The position numbers and the translations under genes are program-made. From Arsukibacterium sp. (GTDB taxonomy: Bacteria > Pseudomonadota > Gammaproteobacteria > Enterobacterales > Alteromonadaceae), in contig NZ_DAINOE010000006.1 of NCBI RefSeq assembly GCF_036735525.1, positions 1,073 to 65,072 on the forward strand: a stretch of DNA of 64,000 nt, in the 5' to 3' direction. Shown here piece after piece: positions 62,554 to 64,000 of the stretch. Within the stretch, counting starts at the first letter, position 1. The number at the start of each line of letters is the position of its first letter. Under the pieces are notes generated by a model that was not told where the DNA came from, searched no databases, and worked only from the letters and a program-made list of their open reading frames with translations.

Positions 62554-63081
62554 ATGAAACTGAACAAAATACTGAAAGGTTTAGCCATTGCATTACCAGT
62601 GTTAACACTGGCAGCATGTAGCTCAACCCGTTCAACTGATGCCGGTGATGAGCAAGCCAGCCAAACTACCCGTCCGGTTGAAACCGTGCAAGTAGAGCGT
62701 GTTGAGCAAGTGGTAAGCCCTGCTGAGCAAATGCGCCAGAAACTGGAAGCATTACGTCAGGAAAACACTATTTATTTCGACTTTGACCGTGCCACTATTC
62801 GCCCGGAATTTGTTGAAGTATTACAGGCTCACGGTGCTTTTTTACGTGCCAACCCAAGCGTTCGTGTGACCATCGAAGGCCATACTGACGAGCGCGGCAC
62901 GCCAGAATACAACATTGCTCTGGGTGAGCGTCGTGCGCAATCTGTGGTACAGTACCTGCAAAACCTGGGTGTTTCTGCAGGCCAGTTATCTACCGTCAGT
63001 TACGGTGAAGAAAAACCAGTAGACAGATCACGTACCGAAGCCGGTTTTGCTAAAAACCGTCGTGCAGTTTTAGCTTATTAA
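62554..63081 (+). CDS. pal: peptidoglycan-associated lipoprotein Pal
   Basis: Lipobox LAAC and an OmpA-like domain (GHTDERGTPEYNIALGERRA, NRRAVL). Confidence 0.95.
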   Translation: MKLNKILKGLAIALPVLTLAACSSTRSTDAGDEQASQTTRPVETVQVERVEQVVSPAEQMRQKLEALRQENTIYFDFDRATIRPEFVEVLQAHGAFLRANPSVRVTIEGHTDERGTPEYNIALGERRAQSVVQYLQNLGVSAGQLSTVSYGEEKPVDRSRTEAGFAKNRRAVLAY

Positions 63082-63097
63082 TTAACAGGATAGTCGT

Positions 63098-63883
63098 GTG
63101 ATTAAAACAGTAACCAGACCACTGCTTATTGCCATGTCCTTAGTCAGCATCGGCGTGTCCGCTAACCCGGCGCCAGTCACTGAAATAGGCAGGAGCAGCA
63201 GAGTACCTGTTACCACAACCACAGCAACGGGTACTGTTGAGCAACGATTAGCGGCATTGGAACGGGTGGTAGAAGCCCGGGCTGAAGCGCAAATTCGCAT
63301 GCAGCAACAGTTACAATTGCTGTTAGACGAGGTAAGCGAGCTGCGCGGTGTTACTGAAACACACTCCTATCAGTTAGACGAAATTTTACAGCGTCAACGC
63401 GATATTTATCAGGAAATAGAGCGTCGTGTCAGCAGTGTGCAGCAGCAACCTGCTGCCACTAACGTGGTGCCTGATAGCACACCTTCGGTGTCGGTATCGA
63501 CCAACGTATCTGAAAATGATGCTTATGAAAAAGCCGTAAATATGGTGCTGAAAGATCGTCGATATGACGCTGCAATTCCTGAGTTTGAAAGTTTTTTGCG
63601 TAGTTATCCGAACTCGGTTTACGCGCCCAATGCACACTATTGGCTGGGGCAGTTATTGTTTAACAACAATGATCTGGCTAAAGCTAAAACGCAATTTGAG
63701 CGGGTAGTGTCTAATTTTCCTGATTCCAATAAGGTCAGTGCTGCTTTGCTGAAACTTGGCCAGATTGCCGAGCGGGAAAATAACAAAGCCCTGGCGTTAC
63801 GCTACTTTAATCGGGTGGTGGCGGAGCATGCTAGCAGCACCTCTGCCAGACTGGCCAGAGAGCGGATAACCGCTTTACAATAA
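63098..63883 (+). CDS. cpoB: cell division coordinator CpoB (YbgF)
   Basis: Signal peptide, coiled coil, and C-terminal TPRs (YAPNAHYWLGQLLF). Last gene of the tol-pal cluster. Confidence 0.9.
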   Translation: MIKTVTRPLLIAMSLVSIGVSANPAPVTEIGRSSRVPVTTTTATGTVEQRLAALERVVEARAEAQIRMQQQLQLLLDEVSELRGVTETHSYQLDEILQRQRDIYQEIERRVSSVQQQPAATNVVPDSTPSVSVSTNVSENDAYEKAVNMVLKDRRYDAAIPEFESFLRSYPNSVYAPNAHYWLGQLLFNNNDLAKAKTQFERVVSNFPDSNKVSAALLKLGQIAERENNKALALRYFNRVVAEHASSTSARLARERITALQ

Positions 63884-63888
63884 ACTCA

Positions 63889-63911
63889 CCCGGCCCCGGC
63901 CGGGTTTTTTT
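63889..63911 (+). terminator. intrinsic terminator CCCGGC-CCCG-GCCGGG followed by T7
   Basis: Read from the sequence, 6 nt after the cpoB stop. Confidence 0.8.
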
Positions 63912-64000
63912 ATTTCTTAACTTAGCTATTCCCGTCAATTATCGCTGGCATTTTGAGCAGTTAGCCATGCGCAAAGGGCTTTTTCGCAGTTTTTGGTTGC

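Noticed and set aside
63967-64000. ATG followed by MRKGLFRSFWL... at the window edge, possibly the next gene.
   Set aside because: Only 11 codons are visible, so it cannot be supported.

Overview
Gammaproteobacterial chromosomal window, about 50% GC by eye. Most of it is conserved housekeeping, redox and envelope genes. From left to right: a redox/quinone block (pirin, DoxX, LysR, katG, acpH, yqjG); an uncharacterised envelope cluster (OM beta-barrel, secreted protein, M14 peptidase); and a paralog-rich accessory stretch at about 10.7-22.6 kb. That stretch holds a VNGSI-repeat secreted protein, two SBP-like paralogs flanking a TolB-N-like/TPR membrane protein, tas, yrbG, an SPFH-RHH pair, a second TolB-N-like/TPR protein, a PEP-CTERM-like orphan and an SPFH gene remnant. 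Next come soxR with a divergent VOC target, a polytopic membrane protein, a tricorn-like protease, a TetR-MFP-RND pump, an Atm1-like ABC exporter, ppnP, an ExeM-like nuclease, fadE, yafJ, purMN and cmoAB. The window ends with a dual-SBP diguanylate cyclase and the syntenic block aspS-yebC-ruvCAB-ybgC-tolQRAB-pal-cpoB. I saw no rRNA or tRNA genes, CRISPR arrays, transposases, integrases or phage genes, and I cannot point to a clearly novel multi-gene system. The observations most worth a second look are: (1) katG is broken by one in-frame TAA at a conserved Gln. (2) A low-GC block starts inside a TPR gene and ends at a decayed SPFH copy, which hints at duplication or import of an SPFH-RHH-TPR module. 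(3) A tandem SBP-like duplication carries its own conserved promoter and leader. (4) A canonical SoxR box sits in front of the VOC gene. (5) A 590-bp ORF-free ruvB-ybgC spacer has a promoter and an intrinsic terminator both oriented on the minus strand, so it may encode an sRNA or small peptide. All identity and GC figures are hand counts and need recomputing.
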